Shown here: piece by piece, positions 34,376 to 42,986 of the stretch
Numbering within the stretch: the stretch's first letter is position 1
How the letters are laid out: each line of letters starts with the position of its first letter
Source: an uncultured Actinomycetota bacterium
GTDB taxonomy: Bacteria > Actinomycetota > Actinomycetes > Streptosporangiales > Streptosporangiaceae
Length of the DNA: 64,000 nucleotides
NCBI GenBank assembly: GCA_963822485.1
Contig: CAWGHW010000002.1
Span: 20,507 to 84,506, forward strand
Reading direction: 5' to 3'
Translations under genes and position numbers: made by a program
The notes under the pieces: model-generated
Databases searched by the model: none
The model's input: only the letters and a program-made list of their open reading frames with translations
What the model was told of the DNA's origin: nothing

Positions 34376-36554
34376 GACGACCGCTCACCATCGCCGACAT
34401 CGCGGCGGCTACCTCCTCGGTCCGGGCGATCGCCGCGCGCTCCAGGACCTTGCTGATGCTGGGCGACGCCTCGCCCCCGGTCACCCGGCCGATGGGCTGG
34501 TCCAGCCAGTCGAAGTAGCGGCGCTGTATCTCGTCGGCCAGCCAGCCGCCGTAGGAGGTGCCCCTGGGCCCCTGCTCGGCGATCAGCACGTTGTTGGTCT
34601 TGCGGATGCTCTCGCCGATGGTGTCCCAGTCGATGCTGGCCCGGTCCAGCCAGCGCAGGTCGATGACCTCGGCGTCCACGTCGCCGAGCTCATCCACCGC
34701 GGCCAGCACGTAGTTGGTCATGGCCAGGTAGCTGATGACCGTCAGCGCCGAGCCGCTACGGCGGACCGCCGCCTTGCCCACCGGGAGGCAGTAGTCGAGG
34801 TCATCGACCGGGCCCTCGCCCGTGGACCCGTACAGGTCCACGTGCTCCAGGACCACGACCGGATCCTCGCAGCGCAGCGCGCTGTTCATCAGCCCCACGT
34901 AGTCGAACGGCGTGGACGGGGCCACGATCCGCCAGCCCGGCGAGGTGGCCATGATGCCCGCCGGATCCATGGAGTGCTGCGAGCCGTACCCGGTGCCCAT
35001 GGCGACCTTGCTCCGCAGCACCAGCGGCACGTTGTCGCGACCGCCGAACATGTGCCGCGCCTTGCCGATCTGGTTGAACAGCTGATCCGCGGCCACCCAC
35101 ATGAAGTCCGCGTACATCAGCTCCACCACCGGCCGGTACCGGCCGTCCAGGGCCATCCCGCCGGCCAGGCCGCAGAAGCTGTTCTCGCTGATCGGGGTGC
35201 CCAGGACGCGGTCGGGGAACTTGTCCTTCAGCCCGCGCGTGGCACCGTTGGTGCCGCCGTTGAGGCGGTGCACGTCCTCGCCCAGGACCACGATCGCGTC
35301 GTCGGTCTCCATCCGGCGGGTCATCACGGCGGCCACGCTGTCGATGAACTTCACCGGCTCGAGCGGGCCCGTGAACGTGTCCCGGTCGGCGAGCCGCGCG
35401 GTAGCGAACTCGCTCAGGTCCCCGCGCACGCCCACATCGACAAACTTGGGGTCCGGCCACTCGGTCGCCTTGATCCGCCGCGTGCCCGACCCGCCGGGCA
35501 CCGGCTCCAGCAGCACCTGGTTCAGGTCGTTCATCAGGTCCCCGGCCCGCTGCCGGGCCGCCTCGATCTCGCCCGCGTCCAGGATCTTGCGTCGCACCAG
35601 CTGAGCCGAGGCCTGAAGCAGCGGGTCGCGCTCCCGCCAGGTCTGCTCCTCTTCCCTGGTCCGGTACCGGAACGCGCTGCCCGGCAGCGGGCCGTTCTGG
35701 TGGAAGAAGCGGTACACCTCGGCCTCGACCACGGCCGGGCCCTGACCCGCCCGCAGGTGGACCAGCGCGGCCTGCATGGCCAGGTACACGGCCAGCGGGT
35801 TCATGCCGTCGACCCACCAGCTCCGGATGCCGAAGCCGGGGCCGCGCGCGGACAGCCGGGGCTCGCCGGTGGCCTCCTGCACCGTGGTCGACACGGCGTA
35901 CTGGTTGTTCTCGATGAAGAAGCACAGCGGCAGCCGCCAGGCCGCCGCCAGGTTGAACGTCTCCAGCGTGGAGCCGATGTTCGCGGCCCCGTCGCCGAAG
36001 TAGGTCACCGCCACCGCGTCGGTGCCCGCCTGCTTGTGCGCCCAGGCCGAGCCCGCGGCCAGCGGCACGCCGCCGCCCACGATCGCGTTGGTGCCGATGG
36101 CGCCGGCCTCGCGCCACTGGAGGTGCATCGAGCCGCCCCGGCCATGGCTGAAGCCGCGGTCCAGGCCGCAGATCTCGGCCAGGCTGCGCAGCAGCAGGTC
36201 GCGGACCTCGTCGGGATAGGGGCGGGACGGGTCCAGGCCGCCGGGCGCCACGTGATTCAGCGTCTTGGCCAGGAACTGGTGATGGCCGCGGTGCGAGCCG
36301 TTCACGGTGTCGGCGTCGGTCAGGGCCAGGGCCGAGCCGACCGCGCCGCCCTCCTGCCCGATGCTGGAGTGCGCCGGCCCGTGGATCAGCCCGGCCCCGG
36401 CGAGCTCCAGCACGTTCTCCTCGAACGCGCGGATCAGGGCCAGCTGGCTGAACATCGTGACCAGCAGCGCGGGCTCCGCCGCATCCCAGTCCTCGTCGGT
36501 GACGGTCAGCTGGACCCAGGGGGCCGATGCCTCAAGCGGCTCCTGCTCGGACAT
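34368..36554 (-). CDS. Fused E1 alpha+beta subunit of a TPP-dependent 2-oxoacid (acetoin / branched-chain / pyruvate type) dehydrogenase
   Basis: 736-aa track ORF. ATG 36554 is preferred because GGATGGAG lies upstream. The alpha part reads GPAHSSIGQEGGAVG...GSHRGHH...GGSMH...YFGDGAANIG. The beta part reads VLGEDV...GT..SE..F.G.A.G.A..G.RP. 8-nt overlap with the E2 start. Confidence 0.85.
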   Translation of the reverse strand: MSEQEPLEASAPWVQLTVTDEDWDAAEPALLVTMFSQLALIRAFEENVLELAGAGLIHGPAHSSIGQEGGAVGSALALTDADTVNGSHRGHHQFLAKTLNHVAPGGLDPSRPYPDEVRDLLLRSLAEICGLDRGFSHGRGGSMHLQWREAGAIGTNAIVGGGVPLAAGSAWAHKQAGTDAVAVTYFGDGAANIGSTLETFNLAAAWRLPLCFFIENNQYAVSTTVQEATGEPRLSARGPGFGIRSWWVDGMNPLAVYLAMQAALVHLRAGQGPAVVEAEVYRFFHQNGPLPGSAFRYRTREEEQTWRERDPLLQASAQLVRRKILDAGEIEAARQRAGDLMNDLNQVLLEPVPGGSGTRRIKATEWPDPKFVDVGVRGDLSEFATARLADRDTFTGPLEPVKFIDSVAAVMTRRMETDDAIVVLGEDVHRLNGGTNGATRGLKDKFPDRVLGTPISENSFCGLAGGMALDGRYRPVVELMYADFMWVAADQLFNQIGKARHMFGGRDNVPLVLRSKVAMGTGYGSQHSMDPAGIMATSPGWRIVAPSTPFDYVGLMNSALRCEDPVVVLEHVDLYGSTGEGPVDDLDYCLPVGKAAVRRSGSALTVISYLAMTNYVLAAVDELGDVDAEVIDLRWLDRASIDWDTIGESIRKTNNVLIAEQGPRGTSYGGWLADEIQRRYFDWLDQPIGRVTGGEASPSISKVLERAAIARTEEVAAAMSAMVSGRHG

Positions 36555-36684
36555 GCCACTCCATCCATATCCATCCATACTTCAATGTTGGATCCCAGAA
36601 TCAAGATTTACCCTACCAACTAGGCCCTGACAGGGCCAGAGTGACTAACATTGGATCCATCATCGTGCTCATGCGGAGGTGTTC

Positions 36685-37194
36685 ATGGGGCTCCCCGGGC
36701 TGACCGGCGTCGACCACATCGGCTTCACCGTGCCCGACCTCGACCAGGCGCACCACTTCCTGACCGAGGTGCTGGGCTGCGAGTACATGTACACGCTGGG
36801 CCCGTACCGGCACGACGACACCGACTGGATGCGCGAGCACCTCAACGTGGACCCCCGCGCGGTCATGCAGCAGCTGCACTTCTACCGCTGCGGCGGGCGG
36901 GCCATCTTCGAGGTCTTCCAGTACGCCGCCCCGGACCAGCGGCGCGAGCAGCCGCGCAACAGCGATTACGGCGGCCACCACGTCGCCTTCTACGTCGACG
37001 ACCTCGACGCGGCCGTGAAATACCTGCGCGACCAGGGCGTCCAGCTCCTGGGCGAGCCCACGGCCAGCAGCGGCCCCAGCCTCGGCCAGCGGTGGGTGTA
37101 CTTCCTGGCCCCCTGGGGCATGCAGTTCGAGCTCGTCTCCTATCCCGACGGCAAGGCGTTCGACCGCGAGGGATACCGCCCCCCGGCACAATGA
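36685..37194 (+). CDS. VOC (glyoxalase/bleomycin resistance/dioxygenase) family protein
   Basis: Track ORF starts at 36679. ATG 36685 is preferred because GGAGG lies 5 nt upstream. Motifs: GVDHIGFTVPDLDQA and GGHHVAFYVDDLDAAV. Confidence 0.8.
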   Translation: MGLPGLTGVDHIGFTVPDLDQAHHFLTEVLGCEYMYTLGPYRHDDTDWMREHLNVDPRAVMQQLHFYRCGGRAIFEVFQYAAPDQRREQPRNSDYGGHHVAFYVDDLDAAVKYLRDQGVQLLGEPTASSGPSLGQRWVYFLAPWGMQFELVSYPDGKAFDREGYRPPAQ

Positions 37195-37850
37195 CCACAG
37201 TGACGTCACCCGAAGCCGCCAGCGGGCGGGTTGCCGCCTACCTGCGCGACGCCATCCTGAACGGCGAGATCGCGCCCGGCGAGTGGATCCGGCAGGCCGA
37301 GCTGGCCGAGCGGCTGGGCGCCAGCCGCCTGCCGGTGCGCGAGGCGCTGCGCATGCTCCAGGCCGAGGGACTCACCGACTACGAGGCCAACCGCGGCTCA
37401 CGGGTGCCCAAGCTGGGCATGCACGAGGTGGAGATCATCTACCAGATGCGGGAACGGCTGGAGCCGCTGGCGCTGGCCGAGAGCATCCCGCACCTGACCC
37501 CCGGCCAGCTCGCCCAGCTCGCCGCGATCCAGGACCGCATCGAGGCCGAGCTGGGCGACGTGCGGCAGTTCGTCAGGCTGGACCGCGAGTTCCACCTGCT
37601 GACCTACGCCGGGTGCGCGATCAGCCAGCTGCACGGGTCAATCGTCCGGATGTGGAACAGCACCCAGCACTACCGCCGGGCCTTCGTCACGCTGACCGGG
37701 CCCAGCCGCCAGTGGGTGATCACGGCCGAGCACCGGCTGCTGCTGGACGCGATCACCCGCCAGGACAGCGTGGACGCCGAGCGCTACCTGAGCGGGCACA
37801 TCCGCCGCACCCGCATCGAGCTGGCCCGCCACCCCGAGGTCTTCCGCTAG
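37191..37850 (+). CDS. GntR-family (FadR/FCD type) transcriptional regulator
   Basis: Last 219 aa of track ORF 36651..37850. ATG 37191 overlaps the VOC stop as ATGA. The HTH reads IRQAELAERLGASRLPVREALRMLQAEGL, followed by an FCD-like C-domain. Confidence 0.85.
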   Translation: MTTVTSPEAASGRVAAYLRDAILNGEIAPGEWIRQAELAERLGASRLPVREALRMLQAEGLTDYEANRGSRVPKLGMHEVEIIYQMRERLEPLALAESIPHLTPGQLAQLAAIQDRIEAELGDVRQFVRLDREFHLLTYAGCAISQLHGSIVRMWNSTQHYRRAFVTLTGPSRQWVITAEHRLLLDAITRQDSVDAERYLSGHIRRTRIELARHPEVFR

Positions 37851-37992
37851 CCGAGGGGCTCTAGCGCAGGCCGACCGGGCGGCCCCGCTCGCCCCGGCGG
37901 CACCTTCAGCCCCAGTGATCCCGTCTGCCTCGCTCAGTGCCCAGCCAGATTCCGGTTTCCGCCCCACCCAAACGCCCAAGGAACCTCGGCCT

Positions 37993-38048
37993 TCATGATC
38001 GCGACCGTTTTGCCGCGGCGCGTCGCGGCAAAACGGTCGGGATCATGA
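37993..38048. repeat. 25-bp inverted repeat (1 mismatch) with 6-nt loop, TCATGATCNCG-type palindromic element
   Basis: TCATGATCGCGACCGTTTTGCCGCG-gcgcgt-CGCGGCAAAACGGTCGGGATCATGA. Lies between the convergent GntR and M24 genes. Confidence 0.95.
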
Positions 38049-38164
38049 GAGAACGCCCAACGGTCGGACCGGATAGCCGGTTTCGGCTCAGCCGGAATTA
38101 GCGAGGCGAGGGGAAACCCGGTCGGCAAGCCAGGACTTCGTGCCCGAGCTGTGCCGCCGGCCTG

Positions 38165-39427
38165 CTAGCCCTGGCCGGGGTAGGGGTTGGCGATGAAGAG
38201 GTCCTGGGCCGGGAACAGGGTCAGGATCCGCGGGCCGTCCGGGGTGACCACGACCTCCTCCTCGATCCGGGCCGCCGAGAACCCGTCGCTGGCCGGGCAG
38301 TAGGTCTCCAGCGCGAACACCATGCCCGCCTGGATCTCGATTGGCTCGCGCATGCTGTTCAGGCGGGAGATGATGGGCCGCTCGTGCAGGCCCAGGCCCA
38401 GGCCGTGGCCGAACTGAAGCCCGAAGGCGTCCATCTCGCTGGCGAACCCGAAGTCGGTCGCCTTCGGCCACACCGAGGCGATCTCGTCGGTGCCCACGCC
38501 CGGCTTCACGAGGGCGATCGCGGCGTCCATCCACTCCCTGGCCTTGGTGTAGGCATCCCGCTGGCTGGACGTGGCACTGCCCACGCTGAACGTCCGGTAG
38601 TAGCAGGTCCGGTAGCCGTTGAAGGAGTGGATGATGTCGAAGAACGCCTGGTCCCCCGGCCGGATGATGCGGTCGGAGAAGTTGTGCGGATGCGGGTTGC
38701 ACCGCTCGCCGCTGACCGCGTTGACCGCCTCGACCTGGTCGGAGCCCTCCGAGTAGAGGATCTGGTTGGCCAGCGCGACCAGCTGGTTCTCGCGCACGCC
38801 CGGCTTGAGCGCCGCGGCGATCTCCTGGTACACGCCGTCCACCATGGCCGCGGCCTGGTTCAGCAGCATGATCTCGTCGGCCGACTTGATCTGCCGCGCG
38901 TCCAGCATGAGCTGCTGAGCGTCGACCACCCGGAGCCCCTGGCGCTGCATCTCGAACAAGAACGCCGGCTCGACGATGTCCACGCCCACCGGGGCGTCGG
39001 CCACGCCCGCGTCCTCCAGCAGGCCCTTGATCTGGCGCACCGCGTCTTCCATCAGCCCGGCCGACGGGGCGATGGCCCCGCGCAGGCCCAGCATTCCGGC
39101 GTGGCAGTTGGCCGGGTCCAGCCACGGGGCGTAGAGCCGGTGATGCTTGGCCGCCGACCCGAAGTCCCAGAGCATCGGCTCGCCGCCGTCGCGGGTGAGC
39201 AGCGCGTACCGGCTCATCTTGTCGCCGAGCGCGCCGCCGATCCAGGTCTGGGTGGTGTAGCGGATGTTGTAGAAGTCGAACAGCAGCAGCGCCCCGCACT
39301 CGCTGCCGTCCAGCGCGGCCCTGGCCCGGCCGAGGCGGTAGGAGCGAAGGCGGCCGAAATCGACCCGCTGCTCGAAGTCCACGCCCATGTGCCCCGGCGC
39401 GGCCAGCGGGCCGGCACTCGTCGTCAT
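38165..39427 (-). CDS. M24-family metallopeptidase (creatinase/prolidase fold)
   Basis: Track ORF 38165..39481 trimmed to ATG 39427, with GGAGAGGAG upstream. Motifs: D..H.F.GY, FGHGLGLGLHE and ALETY. Substrate unknown. Confidence 0.8.
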   Translation of the reverse strand: MTTSAGPLAAPGHMGVDFEQRVDFGRLRSYRLGRARAALDGSECGALLLFDFYNIRYTTQTWIGGALGDKMSRYALLTRDGGEPMLWDFGSAAKHHRLYAPWLDPANCHAGMLGLRGAIAPSAGLMEDAVRQIKGLLEDAGVADAPVGVDIVEPAFLFEMQRQGLRVVDAQQLMLDARQIKSADEIMLLNQAAAMVDGVYQEIAAALKPGVRENQLVALANQILYSEGSDQVEAVNAVSGERCNPHPHNFSDRIIRPGDQAFFDIIHSFNGYRTCYYRTFSVGSATSSQRDAYTKAREWMDAAIALVKPGVGTDEIASVWPKATDFGFASEMDAFGLQFGHGLGLGLHERPIISRLNSMREPIEIQAGMVFALETYCPASDGFSAARIEEEVVVTPDGPRILTLFPAQDLFIANPYPGQG

Positions 39428-39508
39428 GATTGCTTGCTCCTCTCCCGGCTGCCAGCTGCAACCGATTGCATGATGACCCACCCCGTCGGGCCAGTCAACA
39501 CGCCCGGG

Positions 39509-41215
39509 CTAGGCCCTCCGCGACCGGCCGAGGGCCAGGCCCGCGCCGACCAGCATGACCGCCGCCGCGGCCAGGGAAAGCCAGTAGCTGGACCCGTAGT
39601 CGTGGAATCCGGGTGATGTCCCCTTCATCGGGAGGTACAGCGTGTACCCGACCACGCCGAGCGCGCCCAGCGCCGAGCCGATGACGGCCAGCCGCCGGCC
39701 CAGGCTGAGGGCCAGGAACACGCCGGCCACCGCGACCAGGGCGACCAGGATCCAGAAGTCGGCGGCGACCAGCGGGGACGCCGGGTCATGGTGGGTGGCC
39801 TGCCACAGGCTCTTCCAGCCGGTGCCGTTGTTGGTGTAGCGGGTCACGAGCGTCACCGCGGCCAGGAACAGCAGCGCCCCGGCCAGCACCAGCACCCGGC
39901 CGATGCCGGACCGCGCCGATGAGCCAGCAGCGCTGCGGGCCGGGGTCGCACCGGCACTCGGCCGAGCCCGCCCGGCCCGCGCCGTGGCAGACGGTGCCAT
40001 TCCCGGCGGTGCCGTTCCCGGCTGGGCCGATCCCGACCAGGCCGTTCCCGGCTGGGCCGATCCCGACCAGGCCGATCCCGACCGGGCCGATCCCGACCAG
40101 GCCGATCCCGACCCGGCCGGTCCTGACCCGGCCGATCCTGACCCGGCCGGTCCTGACCGACCCGCGGCCGGCGGGACGGGCGCCGGACCTCCGCCATGCG
40201 GCGGCGGCGCGGCCGGCCACGCCTGCGTCGGCCGCCGGGTCCGGGTCGGGTCGAACTCGCCCGGCGCCGGCGCCGCCGGCCACGGCCGGGATGCCTCCGA
40301 AGGCGGCCGGGTGGCCTGGACCGTCGCCTGGCCCCGGGCATCCTGGCCGGCCCCGGCCGAGGGTGCCTCGTACCGCCCCGCGTGGGCCGCCTGGAGGGCG
40401 TCGGCGAACGCGCGGCCCGATGCGAACCGCTGCGCCGGGTCCACCGCGAGCGCGCGGGCGAAGAACCCGTCATAGCGGCGTCCGAGGTCCGGGCAGGCAA
40501 CGGAGACCACCGGTCGCGGGCTGCTCAGGTGGGCCCACTGCATGACCAGGTCGTTCTCGCCGCCGAACGGCCGCCGGCCCGTGAGCGCCTCGAACAGCAC
40601 GCAGCCCAGCGCGTACAAGTCGCTGTGCGGGCCCGGCCGCTGGCCCCGGATCTGCTCCGGCGACAGGTAGCCCGGCGTGCCCACCGACCATCCGGTGCGG
40701 GTCAGGTCGTCCTGCGCTCCCGGCATCTTGGCGATGCCGAAGTCGGTCAGGTAGGCGTGGTCGCGGCCGCCGAGGTCGCGCATGAGCACGTTCGACGGCT
40801 TGACGTCCCGGTGCACCAGGCCCGCCTCATGCACCGCCTGGAGTGCCCCGGCCAGCTGCGTCCCGATCAGCACGGTCCGGTCCGGGCCCAGCCGCCGCTG
40901 CCGGTCCAGCAGGGTGCGCAGGTCCTGGCCGTCCACCCACTGCATGGTCAGGTAGAGCCGCCCGGCCTGCTCGCCCACGTCGAACACCGACACGACATGC
41001 GGGTGGTCCACGGCGGCGGCCAGCCGGGCCTCGCGCAGGAAGCGCGACCGGTAGTCGCCGGACTGCGCGATGTCCGGCCGGATCACCTTGAGGGCCACCA
41101 CCCGGGCCAGGGACCGCTGCTCGGCACGGTAGACGACGCCCATGCCGCCCGCGCCCGCTGTCCCGGCAATGTGGTACGGGCCGAACGCCTGCCCGCCGCT
41201 CAGATCTGCCGTCAC
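39509..41215 (-). CDS. Ser/Thr protein kinase with repeat linker and C-terminal multi-TM region
   Basis: 568-aa ORF with a GTG start. Motifs: GAGGMGVVYRA, VALKVI, HRDVKPSNVL, DFGIA and GTPGYLSPE. The C-terminus has 4 hydrophobic segments. Confidence 0.92.
   Translation of the reverse strand: MTADLSGGQAFGPYHIAGTAGAGGMGVVYRAEQRSLARVVALKVIRPDIAQSGDYRSRFLREARLAAAVDHPHVVSVFDVGEQAGRLYLTMQWVDGQDLRTLLDRQRRLGPDRTVLIGTQLAGALQAVHEAGLVHRDVKPSNVLMRDLGGRDHAYLTDFGIAKMPGAQDDLTRTGWSVGTPGYLSPEQIRGQRPGPHSDLYALGCVLFEALTGRRPFGGENDLVMQWAHLSSPRPVVSVACPDLGRRYDGFFARALAVDPAQRFASGRAFADALQAAHAGRYEAPSAGAGQDARGQATVQATRPPSEASRPWPAAPAPGEFDPTRTRRPTQAWPAAPPPHGGGPAPVPPAAGRSGPAGSGSAGSGPAGSGSAWSGSARSGSAWSGSAQPGTAWSGSAQPGTAPPGMAPSATARAGRARPSAGATPARSAAGSSARSGIGRVLVLAGALLFLAAVTLVTRYTNNGTGWKSLWQATHHDPASPLVAADFWILVALVAVAGVFLALSLGRRLAVIGSALGALGVVGYTLYLPMKGTSPGFHDYGSSYWLSLAAAAVMLVGAGLALGRSRRA
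40011..40160. repeat. 15/30-bp tandem repeats inside the kinase linker (encode SGSA/GSAW-type pentapeptides)
   Basis: A 30-bp unit GCCGTTCCCGGCTGGGCCGATCCCGACCAG occurs twice (40011-40070). Six 15-bp units GCCG(A/G)TCC(C/T)GACC(N)G follow, up to 40160. Confidence 0.95.
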
Positions 41216-41345
41216 GGCACCGCCTTCCCATTGCTCAGGCGGGTCACCCAGGCCCGGAAGGGCCCGGCGCGACAGTTCTTCCCTGGAAGCGTCTCACGAA
41301 TCCGGACCGGCAGGCGCCTGAGCGCAGCGAGCGTCCGGAAGTGTC

Positions 41346-41408
41346 ACCGTACGGTTGCCTAAGGTAGATGACACCGTACGGTACGTCGTAGAGTTGTAAC
41401 CGTACGGT
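41346..41408. promoter_or_regulatory. Three perfect 10-bp palindromes ACCGTACGGT (candidate HipB operators)
   Basis: Copies lie at 41346-41355, 41373-41382 and 41399-41408, spaced 27 and 26 bp apart. They end 15 nt before the hipB-like ATG. Confidence 0.7.
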
Positions 41409-41422
41409 TCCATAGGAGACCG

Positions 41423-41698
41423 ATGAGAGTTCATTCCGTAGCCGACGTCGCGGCCGCTGTCCGCGGGCGCCGTCTTGATCTGGGGCTGACCCAGTCCGAG
41501 CTAGCCAATGACAGCGGCATCTCACGTAAATGGATATCAGAGTTCGAGGCTGGCAAGGCCCGGGCCGAGTTTGGCCTGGTCATGCGAGTTATTGAGGCGC
41601 TCGGCCTGAGCCTGGACCTAGGTGAAGGGCACAGTGCCGCAGGCACCGGCCGAGCGGTCGACCTTGATGACGTGATCGAGGAATACGAGACCCGGTGA
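41423..41698 (+). CDS. hipB: XRE-family HTH antitoxin (HipB-like)
   Basis: 91-aa ORF. Contains RRLDLGLTQSELANDSGISRKWISEFEAGK. AGGAGA RBS upstream. The stop overlaps the GTG of a HipA N-terminal fragment as GTGA. Confidence 0.8.
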   Translation: MRVHSVADVAAAVRGRRLDLGLTQSELANDSGISRKWISEFEAGKARAEFGLVMRVIEALGLSLDLGEGHSAAGTGRAVDLDDVIEEYETR

Positions 41699-42104
41699 GC
41701 GAGTCCTTGATCGTCCTCCTCGGCGACATGACAGCAGGAATCCTGGAGCGCACGCGAGCCGGGAGGCTCCACTTTGACTACGCCGAGCAGCATCGGCCTT
41801 CCCCTACGAAACGCACGAGCGCAAGCTGAAGCTGGCCATGAAGCTAGGCGGGGATTACCGAGTCTCGCCAGCACGTAATACCTGGGCCAAGGCCGCCAGA
41901 GAGATGGGCCTTGACCCGGGGTTCGTACTGGCCAGAGTGGGTGAGCTCACGGACAGAGCGGCGGACGCCTTCGCCGAGGCTGCGGCCGAACCCGACGTCG
42001 TGGCTCTACAGCGGGATCTGCCCCGTCGGCTCCTCGACGTGATTACCGCACGAGCCGCGCACTGCGCGAGGCTGCTGGAATCCGGTCCGGCGCAAGCGGA
42101 GTGA
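41695..42104 (+). pseudogene. hipA: hipA toxin-kinase remnant (N-terminal ~44 aa and C-terminal ~100 aa; kinase core deleted)
   Basis: 41695-41829 encodes VSESLIVLLGDMTAGILERTRAGRLHFDYAE...*, a HipA N-terminal pattern. A different frame up to 42104 encodes HERKLKLAMKLGGDYRVSPARNTWAKAAREMGL...LPRRLLDVITARAAHCARLL, a HipA C-terminal pattern. The total is ~410 bp against ~1.3 kb for an intact hipA. Confidence 0.65.
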
Positions 42105-42168
42105 GCCGGTGATCGGGCGGCCGCAGAGGCGCCCAGGGCGCAACCGGCCCGTGCAAAACCCGGCGGGC

Positions 42169-42861
42169 TCAGGTGATCAGGCCGGCTAGCTGGATCTCGA
42201 AGAGGGGATCGGGGTCGATGCTCATGGAGGCGAAGTTCCCGGCGATCTCCAGGCTCACGAAGCCGTGCAGGCGGCTCCAGGCCAGCATGGCGCGCAGCGC
42301 GGTGGCCGGGTCGGCGGCGGGCTCGTGCTGACGGCCCCAGGCGGTGAGCTGCCCGGCCAGCGGCGAGCCCGCCAGCGGCGGTTCGGTCAGCGGCGGCGCG
42401 CTGTCGCCGAGCTCGCCGATGATCTCCAGCGCCAGGTCCATGGTCGCCTGGGCCGCGTCGACCAGGCGATCGGCATGGGCGTCATAGCCGGGCAGCGGCG
42501 GGCCGTACAGCAGCCGGTACCGGTGCGGCTCGGCCAGCGCCCAGGCCCGGTAGGCGCGGGCGAAGGCGTCGAGCCGGGCGCGCGGCGCCCGGCCGGGGGC
42601 GGGGCCGGCGGCGGCCCGTACGGCGCGGGCCAGGTCGTCATAGGCGTCGATGACCAGCTCGGTCAGCAGGTCGTCACGGCTGGCGAAGTACCGGTACAGC
42701 GCCGGGCCGGAGACCCCGAGCTCCTTGCCGATGGCCGAGACTGACAGGCCGGCGGGCCCGGCGGCCGCGAGCTGGCGCAGTGCGGCCTCCTTGACCTCCT
42801 GGCGCACCTGCGCCCGGTAGCGGTCGCGCATCGACGACCCGGTGGCGGGCAGGGCTGGCAC
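42169..42861 (-). CDS. TetR-family transcriptional regulator
   Basis: 230-aa ORF. HTH reads LSVSAIGKELGVSGPALYRYFASRDDLL. GTG start preceded by GGAGGGAG. Confidence 0.9.
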   Translation of the reverse strand: MPALPATGSSMRDRYRAQVRQEVKEAALRQLAAAGPAGLSVSAIGKELGVSGPALYRYFASRDDLLTELVIDAYDDLARAVRAAAGPAPGRAPRARLDAFARAYRAWALAEPHRYRLLYGPPLPGYDAHADRLVDAAQATMDLALEIIGELGDSAPPLTEPPLAGSPLAGQLTAWGRQHEPAADPATALRAMLAWSRLHGFVSLEIAGNFASMSIDPDPLFEIQLAGLIT

Positions 42862-42986
42862 CGAGTCTCCCTCCAGTTGGTCCGGCTGGTCTTGACAGAG
42901 CGAGTGTAACAGGTACTCTTCTGAGTTAGATACTGTAACGAACGCTAGATATACTTAGATAAGTGAGCGATGGGGAGATGACGACG

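Noticed and set aside
32298-36623. 1441-aa plus-strand ORF
   Set aside because: It is antisense to the E2 and fused E1 genes, which have clear catalytic motifs. The translation is Arg/Gly/Ala/Pro-rich with no recognisable domains. This is a GC-driven open frame.
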